A stretch of 64,000 nucleotides of DNA from Camelus ferus (lineage: Eukaryota). Each line of letters begins with the position of its first letter. Position 1 is the first letter of the stretch. The translations under genes and the position numbers were made by a program. Location: positions 64,048,001-64,112,000 of the forward strand of contig NC_045697.1 in assembly GCF_009834535.1 (NCBI RefSeq), given 5' to 3'. Positions 26,267 through 38,299 of the stretch are shown in pieces. The notes below the pieces were generated by a model. It saw only the letters and a list, made by a program, of their open reading frames with translations, searched no databases and was not told the origin of the DNA.

Positions 26267-26752
26267 GCTACATATCGAAATCGAATTGTGAGCCAAAGTC
26301 TCAGCACAAGGGACAGAAAAGCAGTGCATACTCCCACCGAGGACCGTTTTAGATACTCAGCAGCAGACCAGACAAGCCCCTACAAAAGCAAAACCTATCA
26401 ACTCTCAAGTCTATGTTTAAGTAATTTTTTGAAGGACAAGGAACTAGTGGAAGTCATCAAACACTCTAGAGGAACTTACGAAACCCTCACGTCAGAAGTC
26501 ACCCAGAACTTACGGGCCACTGTGGGGCAGAGCTCTCTGAAGACAACAGCTAAGACAGAAGGGCTCTCCACCTTCTCAGAGAAACCAAAGGACCCAGCCA
26601 CTGTGGCCCGTCAGCATTCAACCTTCACAGGCAGGTTCGGACAGCCACCCAGAGGGCCAATCTCTTTACACATGTACAGCAGGAAGAACGTTTTTCTCCA
26701 TCACAATTTACATACAACTGAGCTGCAGACTCTAGGCCAGCAGGATGGCTAG
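26267..26752 (+). CDS. CCSER1: Terminal coding exon of serine-rich coiled-coil domain-containing protein 1 (C-terminal 161 aa, phase 0)
   Basis: A pyrimidine tract and TAG acceptor (tcttttcctttctatgtctttaccatag|) precede GCT ACA TAT CGA AAT CGA ATT GTG. Translation ATYRNRIVSQSLSTRDRKAVHTPTEDRFRYSAADQTSPY...GPISLHMYSRKNVFLHHNLHTTELQTLGQQDG* matches my recollection of the mammalian CCSER1/FAM190A C-terminus. Confidence 0.93.
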   Translation, partial: ATYRNRIVSQSLSTRDRKAVHTPTEDRFRYSAADQTSPYKSKTYQLSSLCLSNFLKDKELVEVIKHSRGTYETLTSEVTQNLRATVGQSSLKTTAKTEGLSTFSEKPKDPATVARQHSTFTGRFGQPPRGPISLHMYSRKNVFLHHNLHTTELQTLGQQDG

Positions 26753-29475
26753 TTAACTCACCCTGTCCTGTCTCTGGGTAGGATAAAGATGGTTAGTGTT
26801 TCTCGTGCATAGCTCATATTAAAATTGTCATGTATTTCTTATTACTTTTTATTTTTAGTTATAAACAAAGAATTTGACACACTTTGTTTTTTTAGAATGA
26901 GGGTTTAAGCATGTTAATTGAATTAGGTTTAATAGCCTTGGAGACTTCATTATATGTATGTATAATAAATGAGACCATCTTGCCGGTTTATATAGTCCAC
27001 AATTTATCTTTTATCTTTATCAGTCACTTATATGCAGTGAAGTTTCAGAAGGTAATATCAAATAGCACTCTGTTCGCTTAATGCTGTTACTGTGAAAATA
27101 GATGTGAGGAATAAAATAGATGAAGGAATTGTAAAGAATTTTAAATTACATAGTTAATAGGAGAAGACAAGACGGATTTTAAAGTCTTATATTTGGTGGT
27201 GTGTTTATTTGAAGAATGAAGCTTCTTGCATGTAACCTAGAGACATGTTCGTCTCTCTGTTACATACATTCAAGCTCATCTTGCCATACTATTAAGGGGG
27301 AAAGTGCTATTTCTTTTACCCTCTACACGTTTAGTTCACAAAGGATTTCAGACTGAGTAATTGCTAGCCAAATAGAGAATGACAGCTCTGATCTTTGAAA
27401 AAATTTGCTTTAAGTTTTTGCTATTGATGTTGAAGTACTATGACATAACACAGTGAGGTGGTAACGTGGGCCGGATTTGGTCAAATGATGCATAAAGCAT
27501 GACATGCTATGCTCTTTGAGTCACCAGCATGGTTATATCAGCAGTTTTTTAAATTTGAGGATGGAACATTCTAAGAATATTATTTGACTTCACTTTCCTT
27601 GTATTTTTTAAATTTTCACTTTTTATGTGTGTCCAATTTTGCTTTACATACATTAACCCATATCATTGACTACACGATAAATTGAGAAACAAAGTCATTT
27701 TCTTGGTAGCCCAGTTGTATACTATTTTGACTATTCAGTCATCTAGATTTAGAAGAGAAAGTGAAATATCTGTAAACTTTGGCAGTTTGATCTTAGAAAT
27801 AAATCTCTAACAGGCATACTTGTTTGATGGCAAATATTTCCCTTTAACAAACAAGGCCTATTATGTTTTATACTTAAGTGCACCTGAGATGAATAAAATA
27901 ATTCCTTTATGTTTAATCAATAGCAGAGTTGATTACAGCTATAGAAATAAATAAATAATTTTAAAATGACCAGTCAGAATCAGGGCTGTAGTTTTCTTAC
28001 ACAACCATAAAAGCTAACAACTGAGCCCTTATTAGGCATAGTCCATGCAAATTGAAATTGTCATACCTACTGCATGATCTGTTTCCCTTGCACTAACAGT
28101 CAGAATCCATGAAATGAACAAAGGGAAACTGAGATAGCAGTTTTAGCATGGCATTTGACCAACCTGCTTAAATTATGGCTATATGTGAAACGCTTCTCCT
28201 AATGCAAAAGTGCATTTGAGATCTACGCTTTGGGGAAAGCCATTAGATTCCCTGCCCCCAGTTTTAACTATCAAACTTTGACCAATTTTTAAACTTTGAT
28301 TAGAATTGATAAGACTAAAGAGTTTAGTGAATGCAATGTTCTTGTAATTTTGGTTTTCCAAAGGAAAACACATGTGCATCAAGACAAATGTTTGCCAAAT
28401 GTTTTCTTTCTTTGTGTGTTTTTAATTCTGCCAAAAGAGAATAATGCACACTGCAATTTGCTTGGCTTAATGAGACTGCTATCTAAAATTCCCACTATAC
28501 TTTAGAAGTTATAATATTCATGCAGACAGACATTTTGGGCTAGAAAATATTTAAGAAGTGATAGAAAAATTATGATGACTTATTGTGGAATTCAGCTTCA
28601 TTTGTCCTGAACGTTGGTGTGTGTTGTTAGAGTATTTGAAGTCTGTAAATAAATTAGCACAGTAAAAGAATCAAGGATTTTTTCCCAGGATATGGAAAAA
28701 CTATGTATCACAAATAATGTTTTTGCTTTGGACTTCTGGAGTTTATAGTTTTGTTTTCCTGGAAGATAGACTTTTGAATTATACTTTGTAAGAAATAATC
28801 TATTTAAGAAAACGTGTCATTTAATAGACATTTTAAGAGAATGTTTTAAACACTAGTATTTTCTTGAAAAATCTTTTTTAAAGCTGAAACATTCAAAAAG
28901 AAAACCTGGATTAAACAGTTCAATTTTAAAAGGAGGGGTATTTTTTGGAAATATCATCTTAAAGCTGTTTTGTATCAGTATTTTCAGCATTGTTATAATA
29001 TTATTTGTAATACTAAGTGTAACTCAGGCCTGGAGAAGGTGTAAGCCCACCACGCCAATGTACATCAGTAACTGTAAAGCAGGGGTCCTTTGTAAGTTCC
29101 TCTTGTGTACATAGAGAACTCATGTGGGCATTCTTTCAGCAAATTGATTTCTTTGTACTAAAATCTCTAGTTTTCTAAGACAGTTCCATGTATAAAAATG
29201 ATTTATACATTTCTCCAAGGCGGTACATATCCAAAGACATGACACCAGGGGGAAAAAGTGCTTGTTTTTCTGATGGGAGCAGTTGTCTTTTCTTTCCCTT
29301 TCTGTTTCTTCTGTGCATGTGTATGTGTAGCTAAGCCTAAGTAAACCTGTAAGATTTTTGCTGCAGAGTTTCTCTTCTGAATTTAGAATGTGTGTTAAAG
29401 GACACCTAAGAAGAGACATTCCTTGAGGAAAAGCTGTTTCCACCTGAAATAAACTGTTCTCATTTTTATAATAAT
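26753..29475 (+). other. CCSER1: Probable CCSER1 3' UTR
   Basis: About 2.7 kb with no recognisable transposons after the stop codon, AU-rich, with several AATAAA hexamers. The 3' end is inferred from the distal signal. Confidence 0.6.
29448..29453 (+). terminator. Candidate distal polyadenylation signal (AATAAA) of CCSER1
   Basis: cacctgAAATAAActgttctcattttata followed by U/GU-rich sequence, at the end of the repeat-free block. Confidence 0.55.
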
Positions 29476-31271
29476 TGGAACATGCAACTGTCTTTCTATG
29501 AACTTAGTAATTTTTTTTTCAAATGATTTTATATGCTAAGAGTCGCAGCAAAATTATTCTCTCTCAAACTATTTTTGCTTCTTTGGATCATCATCATCTT
29601 TGTGCAGATGACACCATGAAACTGTAGCTGTGATGCTGACAATGTGAATCAACCAGTATCAATATGCTCAGGGTAAGGACCTAGGGCCACAGATCATTCA
29701 AGTCGTTTCTGTTACTTATTGATTAGAGATAGAAATAAAATAACCAGCCTCTAGTCCACATTAAACATTTGTAGATATGCCCATGCTTACCTAACTTAAA
29801 ATGTTTACAAAGATTTCCATAATTAATCCAAGTCTATGACCTGTGTTTTACATCTTCTATTTCCCAAGATTCAATCCTAGCCTGTTATTATTTTCTGAGT
29901 GTTACTGTATTCAAAATAATTTACTGAATTCAAAGGGAACTTCACATTTTGTTTTGTTTTCTTTACCTTGGGTGTGTTTAATGGAAATAATATCTCCCCT
30001 AAGAGTTAAGATTTTCTCTTTATTATCATGTATTTAAAGACCACATTCCCATGACAAATGGTCACATTCCACTAGTCCTCCCAAGATCTTTCATAATCAC
30101 TTAGGTGCTGATAGAGTAGTAGGAGCAGTTTATTGAATGGTGAGTACTACTTCTCCACAATTACCCACATTCATTATCACCTTTCTCATTATTAAGAAGT
30201 GGTAACCCACTATGGTGGGTAACTTGGAATATTGGGTATAGTTTTATCATTATAATCTCAATTTTGTTCCACTTTTTCACTTTCAGAATTTTATATTCCA
30301 AATATTCATAGAAGTAGGAAGTGCTTCAAAACAGCCATTTACAATTGCATTAAACCACGTGTAGATCAACGTGGAAGAGAAAGGGGGATGACTGAAAAGG
30401 TGCTGTCTGTGATTGCCTTTCTTCTTGCTGAGTCACATTCCCCACGGCCAGAGGCTTTTCCCTGGCGATATACCCATTTAAATGCAGCACTGATTCATTT
30501 ATACCTGGATTTCAATTGCATTCTGGGGCTTGACTCTATTTAGGTTTTATTATCATGTCTTTTTAAATGTATTTTCTTTTTTTTTCCCTCAAGAAAGAAA
30601 TAATTCAATCACACATAATATTCTTAAGTAATTTATACTTTTTTTCTTTTTCTTTTCCCGTGTGTTACATTTGTCATGCCAGCTCTAGGATGTATCTACA
30701 CACATGGCAGGGATGATAGAAAATATAAACTAGTTTGGGTTCTTAGAAAACCTGAATTGCACCATAGTATAAAAACAAATGGCCAACTCCCAACCAACTA
30801 AACAAAGAAGCCCACTTCTCTAACAATATACATTATCATTGCCAAATGTTTTTCAAATCTCAATCTGTGCCAAGTTCTTTCACCAACAGAATCACAAACA
30901 TATCCACCAACTATTTATTTACAATAAATTTGATCTTTCTCAGAACCCAGTTGTAGTTCCAAGTAGCGTAACTCAAAAACAAGTCAAAGCTATCATTCTC
31001 AAGGCATGTTACCGTGGAACTGAATGAAGACAGTTCACCCTCTTCCAGACCTTGTGAATTTCCCACAGAAGTGATGACACGATAGCAACTGTTGATTAAT
31101 ACAGAGAAGCTTCTCCCACCTGAGTAAGTGAGCTAGAATGTGGGCTATCACACTTCCTTCTAGAGAACTTTCACTGTAGCCCCATTAACTTCACTAGTTT
31201 AATCTAACGAGCATACTTCTTCCTCTTGAACATAAAATTCATCTGATCATGCTTTCCAAACATTACCTCAC

Positions 31272-31622
31272 TGTTCTAGTAAGTTCTGGCTGCTAATACA
31301 AAATACCACTGACTGGGAGGCCTAAACAACAGACATTTATTTCCTGCAGCTCTAGAAGCCCAGAGGTCTAAGGTCAAGGTGAGAGCTGATTCAAATCCTA
31401 ATTTGCAGACAGCTGTGTCCTCTGTTTTCTCATATGGCAGAGAGTAAACAAGCTGTGGTCTGTTTCTCTTCTTATAAGGTCACTAATCCCATCATAGGGT
31501 CCCATCATCAAGACCTCATCTAAACCTAATTACTTTCCTAAGTCCCTTCTCCAAGTACCATCACATGGAGGTTAAGGCTTTAACATTTAACTTTGGGGGG
31601 ACTGGACATCCAGTCCATAGCA
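31272..31622 (-). mobile_element. MLT1A/B-type MaLR solo LTR
   Basis: TG...CA ends; ggctgctaatacaaaataccactgactggg, aacaacagacatttatttc, cttataaggtcactaatcccatc, gggactggacatccagtccatagca. Possible degenerate 5-bp TSD ctcac/ttcat. Confidence 0.9.
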
Positions 31623-31629
31623 TTCATTT

Positions 31630-31780
31630 TCAGCTTACAGCAGCCTAGTAAGTTTGCTATTGTTTTACTCATTTCATAGATGAGATCAGAAAGGTTAGGT
31701 AACTTGCCAGGGACACACAACAGGTATGTTTAACAGAACTAGACTTCATGACCCTTGATCTTTCCATTTATACTATGCTT
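31630..31780 (-). mobile_element. MIR SINE
   Basis: ctcatttcatagatgagatcagaaaggttaggtaacttgccagggacacac. Confidence 0.75.
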
Positions 31781-34700
31781 CCCTCCAGAGTTAGGCTTAC
31801 TCCCAAGGAGGCAGAATGATTCAAGTATACATGTGCTGCCTCAATCTCCTTTACTCTTAAAATTCCATCGATACAGCTGGGAAAGAAAATCTGAGCAATG
31901 ATCAATGTCAGCAAACCAGAATACTACTCATTCCAAAGGTTTTTAAGAACAATTGTTGATGTTTGGATTAATAAATACAAAACCCTGAGAGGAAAGCACT
32001 TTCAGCATTTCCAGATAACCACCTAGAAAATCTGACATCCTAGTTCTCATTTCTTGAAGGCAACTGGGAAAAATGCTGAGAAGTAATTTCATGTTATATT
32101 TTTTAAAGCAGAGGATCAATAAAGTAACATAAGGAAAACATACAGTAGATGAAAAGTAACCTTGTTACCAGATTATCTTATTATTTCTTTCCTTTATTTT
32201 CTGAGGATATTGATACATACGTTGAATTTGATATGTTTGTGCTGCCTTACATTTACACAACAAGGTAACTGCAAAATTGGATGTTTCCATGTAGGGACAA
32301 AAATTAACAGCTGATTTAAAGTTTCTTAAACATTCAGAAAGAACTGAAATTAAATGAGAACTAGAAATTTATCTGTCTTAAATTTTTATAGGAATTACAT
32401 TTCATTTTGTAGTTAATAATGTATACCTAAATAATATGTGAGTAAGGAATAACCCTACCATAAATTGTCTCTTCCAAAATCTTGTTTTCAGGAATTCAAG
32501 GGAATTGGAATATGAACTTAGCTAGATCCTAATTTTAGGGGAAAAATACAATTTGATGTATTCTAATATATGTTGGTCTGAGATTATTAACATTTGTTCC
32601 AATATTTTCTATTCTCTAAAACTAAAAATTTACTGAGAAAGATAATAAATAGCAAATTACTGTGAAAATTATAATTTTTAGTAATATTGAATGCCATAGT
32701 ATAATTTCTTTTGTGGTTCTTGATTTCCCAAAAAGATCAGTGATTTTATTTAATGGAAATTTCACCATTTGACTAATATTCTGAGAAAAGATTGATAAGC
32801 ATGGCAATTGGAAAAATATGCATAATTCTTCTGCAAAATAAATTTTAAAACAACAAATATGTTGTGTGGTACTTGACTGCTTTCATTATGACATTAATTT
32901 GTTCTGAAGCTGTCTTGGTGATAGATTGTTTTACACATGTATTCACACTGGGCATAAAGCAATGTGATTTATTTCTAGGTCCTTGCAGTTGTGATGACTG
33001 GGAGAAGGGAAATAAGCCACTTACTTCATCATCCAGGTGACATCACTTCTATTTCCACATCCTCTGCCCCCATGCTATTTTCCCCATTTCTGATACACAG
33101 TGACAATGTACAATATCCCAGGCACCATTACAGGAATATGATACTGTTGTTTCATTTCAAGACATGTATGGAATCTTTTCATTCTAGACTGTACTCTTTA
33201 GCCTCATTTTTTTTTTTTTACAACTTATCAGAGTTCAAAATATATCTCAATGTTTTGACTTTGTAATTTATGAAATTGTTTCTTGATTCTATATATTTTG
33301 TAACAATACAAAAAATACAAAATTCTTCTAAATTCTGTCTCTCTCACACACACACAAACACACATATGGAGTTTTCTAAAATGGCTGGAAGATGAATGAA
33401 TCAGAATAGCTACTCAAGCATTTGAAACAGTGCATGAATATGTATCTGTTTGGCATCCATAACAGCCAATAGGAAAGAACATACTTAAAATGCTACTGCA
33501 GGCTTTAAAAGTATACCTTAATATTATCTATTTGAGTTAATCAGATATTGTCTGTAACTTTACAACTTCATAGTAAATGGTGCTCTTCTGTTGTATGCTT
33601 TTATATAATGTGATTTCAAAAAGCTGAAATGACCAATGTATTTTATAATTTATATGTAGTATGACCTTTTGATTTAAGATTCAATCCATTTTCCTGACCA
33701 CAGGAAGAGTTTCCCTTTGATTCTGAACTCTTTTTTTCTATAAAGAATGTCAAAAACCACTGTATTGATTTTTTTAATTAAATTAGTGATGGTATTAACT
33801 TTTAGAGATTATTTTGAAGACTTAATGAGAATGCATAAACTCCACTTTTAAATTCTGTTTGCAATCATCTACAAACCCTTTGGTTATGGTTATAATCACA
33901 GAAAAGTAATTTAATTATAATTTAGCCAAGTGTAGCACTTGGTTTAGTCTCACGTGTAGGGCTCCCCTAGACCTCTAATTTCACAGTAGAAAAGGGTATT
34001 GCTTCATCTAAAAGCATTACTTATAATACACGGGTAATCATGTGACTAAAACTAAAAAACAAAATGATGCTAGAAGATGCTTTTGCATGTTGTGATGCAT
34101 TGCTATTGTTTGGGTTAATTTTATTTTTCCCTTCACAGGTTCTTATACATGAAAAAGGAAATATTTAAGTAAGGTTAATTTTTAGTTAGAAACCATGTGG
34201 AAGGTGTTCTTATCTCTTATGCCAGTTTGGACTCAACATTATATATATTTTCTATTAAAAAAGAGCTAGAAATAAGGAGGGATATACATACATACACAGT
34301 CTTGAAATCTACTGAACAGTGAAATCTAACCACATCCCAGAAATTCAACTATATGGCTGACATTAAAGAGTCTATACTGGATACCTTAGGTCAGAGGCTG
34401 ATAAGAGTTTTATCCTTAAACAGAACAGATGGCTCAAAAGTGTTACCTGACAGCTTTTGGATCCAAGTATCACTTAAGTTGAGTACATTTGATAAAACTG
34501 TAGCACCATCTCACTAGCCATAATCACTGTTCTGTATATAAGTTCCTTAAAATAAAGAATATTTATTGGCAAGAAACAAAGAAATAAACAAACAAACAAA
34601 ACAAAGAACAAAAAACACATGGCTAACCAGCAGACTTCCATGTTGCTAAAAACTGAATATAAAGATTTTAAACAGTATATTGAAGGATTGTCTTGTGTGT

Positions 34701-36454
34701 GGAAACTAAAATGAAAACCTACCATTTATAATTGCCTAAGAACAGATGTAGGCTAGCGAGATAATAATATTACATGTTGTTGAAATTAAAAGAATAAACA
34801 TTAATCTACCTGAGTCATAATAAAAAGTCAGAAAGATAATCAACATAATTAGTAGAACACAAAAAGTTGATGTAGGATATTTGTAGATCAACTTAAACTA
34901 ACATCTCATCTAATCAGTAAGAGTTACATCAACCCCTACTTTCAGAAACAAGGTCTGAATGTAGAAGTTTCCAGAGGCATCTTTCATAATGAAGTTCAGG
35001 AACCAACACAGCGATTCACATCAACTCATTCACATTACAGATAAGCCTATTACATAGATTAGGACAATCATGCTATCACATAAAACATAAAATTGGAGTC
35101 ATTGGAAATATGCAATTTGGTTTTGCCCCAAAGATGATTACATTCATCTTTCAAAAGAGACTGTACAAATACTTACTAGAGAGGAATTATTCACATTATT
35201 AGGACTACTTGAACCACTCAACTGCAGGAGGTGATAAAACAGTTTCCCAAGATATTTGATGATAGTATATTATGAACTGAAACTACTGCCTCTTACCAGT
35301 ATTGGTAACAGAGTATTGATGCTGTGCTTAGCTGACAAACAGAGCTGGCAGGAAAACGGCATGGCTTAACATTTGAGCAGTATATCAGATAGAGGACAGG
35401 AAAAAATACAACTAGCCAAAGTCTTGGCTATTTTGTTTTCATTATATTGTACGGTCAAGGTGTTCCAATTCTCTCTCTCTCCAGTAATTCCTAAATGAGA
35501 TAGCAGCCTTATAAATTACCTCCTCCTGTTAAGCTTCCTCTCAACATATGCATGAAAGCCTTAAAGCCTAGATTAGTAATAATAGATTCTCAATTTTCCA
35601 CTGAAAGTTCTGATGTTGAAAAACCTCCTCCATGCTTTGGAGCAGGTAAAATAGTGAATATAAGATTTAAAATTAATAGGGTTACAATCACTCAGAAGAA
35701 TTATCTACACTTTAAAGAACTTTCCTTTTTTTGTTGTTGTTATTAAGGACAATATTAGTATTCCTGAATGAAGCCATTCTGACAGCCTTATTACAGTACA
35801 TGCATAACCAGCTACGTCCGTGCATATGTAACCCACCTATATGTATGGTTCCCCACCATCCGCCAGATTGTGTGCTCTGCACTTAGGACATAAAGGCGAA
35901 ATGATCATTTACTTATACTCAGGTGTTTAAATTAACGTTTCATTTATTCACGTAGAAATACTGGTTAGGAGCTCTGTCTAGTGACCCAAAACAGATTCTT
36001 ATTAATTTTAATAATGCCTAACAATTACTGAGTGATGTCCTATATATGTAGGCATGATGTTAAATGCTTAACATGAATAAGAAATACACAAAGTTAAAAA
36101 TTAAGAAAAAAACAAAAACATGGATTTTCTTATGTAATCCTCACAACAAGCCTATGGTAGACATTCATATTATTATTCCTATTTTACCTTTGAGAACAAT
36201 AAGAATTATCAATTTGTCCCCAAGTCACATGGCCAGTAAGAGGCCCAGATGGCTCTATCAGACAGTGCTGTTCTATATAAATACAGAAAAGAGAAAAATT
36301 ATTTCTATCAGAGTTATTAAGAAAGGTTTCTAAATAATCAGAGCAGTCACCCTATATTCGAAACAGAAGTTTGAGACAGAAAAACAGGACCAGTGTAAGT
36401 TATCACAGTGATAACGTACTTGTGTAGCACAGAAAAAGTGGCCACTGAGTAACA

Positions 36455-36655
36455 GCTCTGGAGTGGGAGGGAAGTAACTCTGAACCTTGGCTGCATAGCT
36501 TACTGGTTATACAGATCTGGCAAAACTACTGAATTCTATAAATCTTCAATTTTCTCATATGTGAAAATGTGGCTAATAATTCCTACCACAAAAGGTTAAA
36601 GACTAAATTAGATAATATATATGAAAAAACCCTGTCACAGTATTTCACATATATC
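36455..36655 (+). mobile_element. MIR SINE
   Basis: ctggcaaaactactgaattctataaatcttcaattttctcatatgtgaaaatgtggctaataattcctacc. Confidence 0.75.
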
Positions 36656-37089
36656 ATTTAAAATCTTTCAAATTCATTTTGTCTACTGTAGTCATCCTAC
36701 AGAATCTGTGTGGGTTCTTAGGCAATTAGAAAAGCACACGACTATGGCAAGTCACACAAAGCAGACTTACCAGGCACTGGATTTCTTTACATTTAGAATA
36801 TCACTACTATGAATAAACGTGCAAACTTTTCATGGTATTTATAATCCAACTCCTAGAAGTAATTCCCAAGACAGTTGACTAAGATGTGGTTCACAGGAGT
36901 GCTAGGAGCAAGGGCTTAGGGCTACAGTCACTGGATCTATTCATTTACAATTAAACCTCACAGCTTGGTGTTGAAAGGGTACAAGTTTCTACCAATCTCA
37001 CGAGGAATAGTTAATTCCCAAATTATTATTGTAGAAATTTGAAAAAATCCAAAGCTTCCAAGTACCACTTATAAGATTATTATAAACAG

Positions 37090-37445
37090 GTTTCCAAATT
37101 AAGGAAAAATATAGACCCATTTTACTTATAAACAAGAAGTAAAAAGAAAATCCTAGATCCATTTTACTTATGGCCATAGAAGAAAAATATAAAAATAAAG
37201 TATTAGGCAATCGAACCAAAATTAAACAAAATATATCATAATCGTGAAGACTTCATACCAAGAATGCAAAGATGCATTTTCAACATCAGAAAAATTAATG
37301 TAGTCCATCAAAAAAACAATTAGAAAAAAATCACATATTTAATTAGTGTCTAAAAAAAGTTCTTGATAATGATTAACCAATATTTATGATAAAATACATA
37401 GCTAACTAAAATTCAAGGAAACTTTCTTAAATAAAATATATAATT
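37090..37445 (+). mobile_element. Very old L1 ORF2 (RT-region) fragment
   Basis: cttcataccaagaatgcaaagatgcattttcaacatcagaaaaattaatgtagtccatc is a decayed [21 protein letters not shown] segment. Confidence 0.65.
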
Positions 37446-37449
37446 GAAA

Positions 37450-38290
37450 GATTATTTCAGCTCCAACTTGTAAAGCTCTTAGAAATTACCATTTCAACCC
37501 TGACGGTAAGGAAAAGTTAAACAAACTGAAAACCAATGATCTTTCATGGACCCAGATCAACACAACTAGGTTGCAAGGCAAACAGTAACCCTGAAATAGG
37601 AAAACAATCAAATCTAGAGAATCACAGCCAAAATCAGTTTTCCTGGAGCAGACACCACTAGAGAGACAATCCGACAGGAATACTTAAATTGTAATTTTAA
37701 TGAATTGTTGGAGCTTGATGAGTATAATTGTATAGATGAGTATAAGTGTAAGACACTCACAGGCACACAGTCTTGGGAGGACCTCATACTTTCATGAATT
37801 TTACATCCAGGAAATCTACCAAGTTCACATGAAAAAGATCCAAGAATGATCTCCTCCTGGCCAAGGAGAATAAAAGTCATTGTAAAATATGTCCAGAGCA
37901 TTCTCCCTAACAAAGTCTATTCTCCAGGAAAAAGATTTTACTGCAAATTTATACCATCTAGGGGAAGGGTATTTTTCCCACTCCAGCCCCCTCTAGCTTT
38001 TCTCTTACTTAAGGGGTGGGGAGAAGCTAAGAAATTCTTGTGAAGTTCATAGCCCGGGAAAAAAGGACTGAGATTTTATCATATTATAGAACACTTTCCC
38101 TCTCTCACAACTTACCACTGCACCAGTAGGGCTCCAATATAACAGTGGATTACAGCTAAAATTGTTGCAAAGTATAGACTCTCTGAAGTGTACTTACAGA
38201 AGCCATGGTCAACAAATGAGACCAAAACAAGAACACTAGAGAAATTTGAAGCCTCTGGCACCTATCACTACAGAAAATAATAAATAAAGG
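37450..38290 (+). mobile_element. Old L1M 5'-end fragment
   Basis: Resembles L1M 5' UTR consensus sequences (ggaaaagttaaacaaactgaaaaccaatgatc, gtccagagcattctccctaacaaag, gaagcctctggcaccta). Confidence 0.6.
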
Positions 38291-38299
38291 CTAATCTTA

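Noticed and set aside
26288..26752. ORF-track 154-aa protein starting at GTG as a standalone gene
   Set aside because: The GTG is an internal Val. The reading frame starts at the splice acceptor at 26267 and is the last exon of CCSER1.
30206..30374. Short hairpins (ACCCAC-tatg-GTGGGT; CCACGT-n8-ACGTGG)
   Set aside because: 6-bp stems are expected by chance in 64 kb.
37105..37190. Degenerate ~42-bp tandem duplication (tagacccattttacttat twice)
   Set aside because: Two-copy local slippage at the edge of an old L1 fragment. It is not an array.
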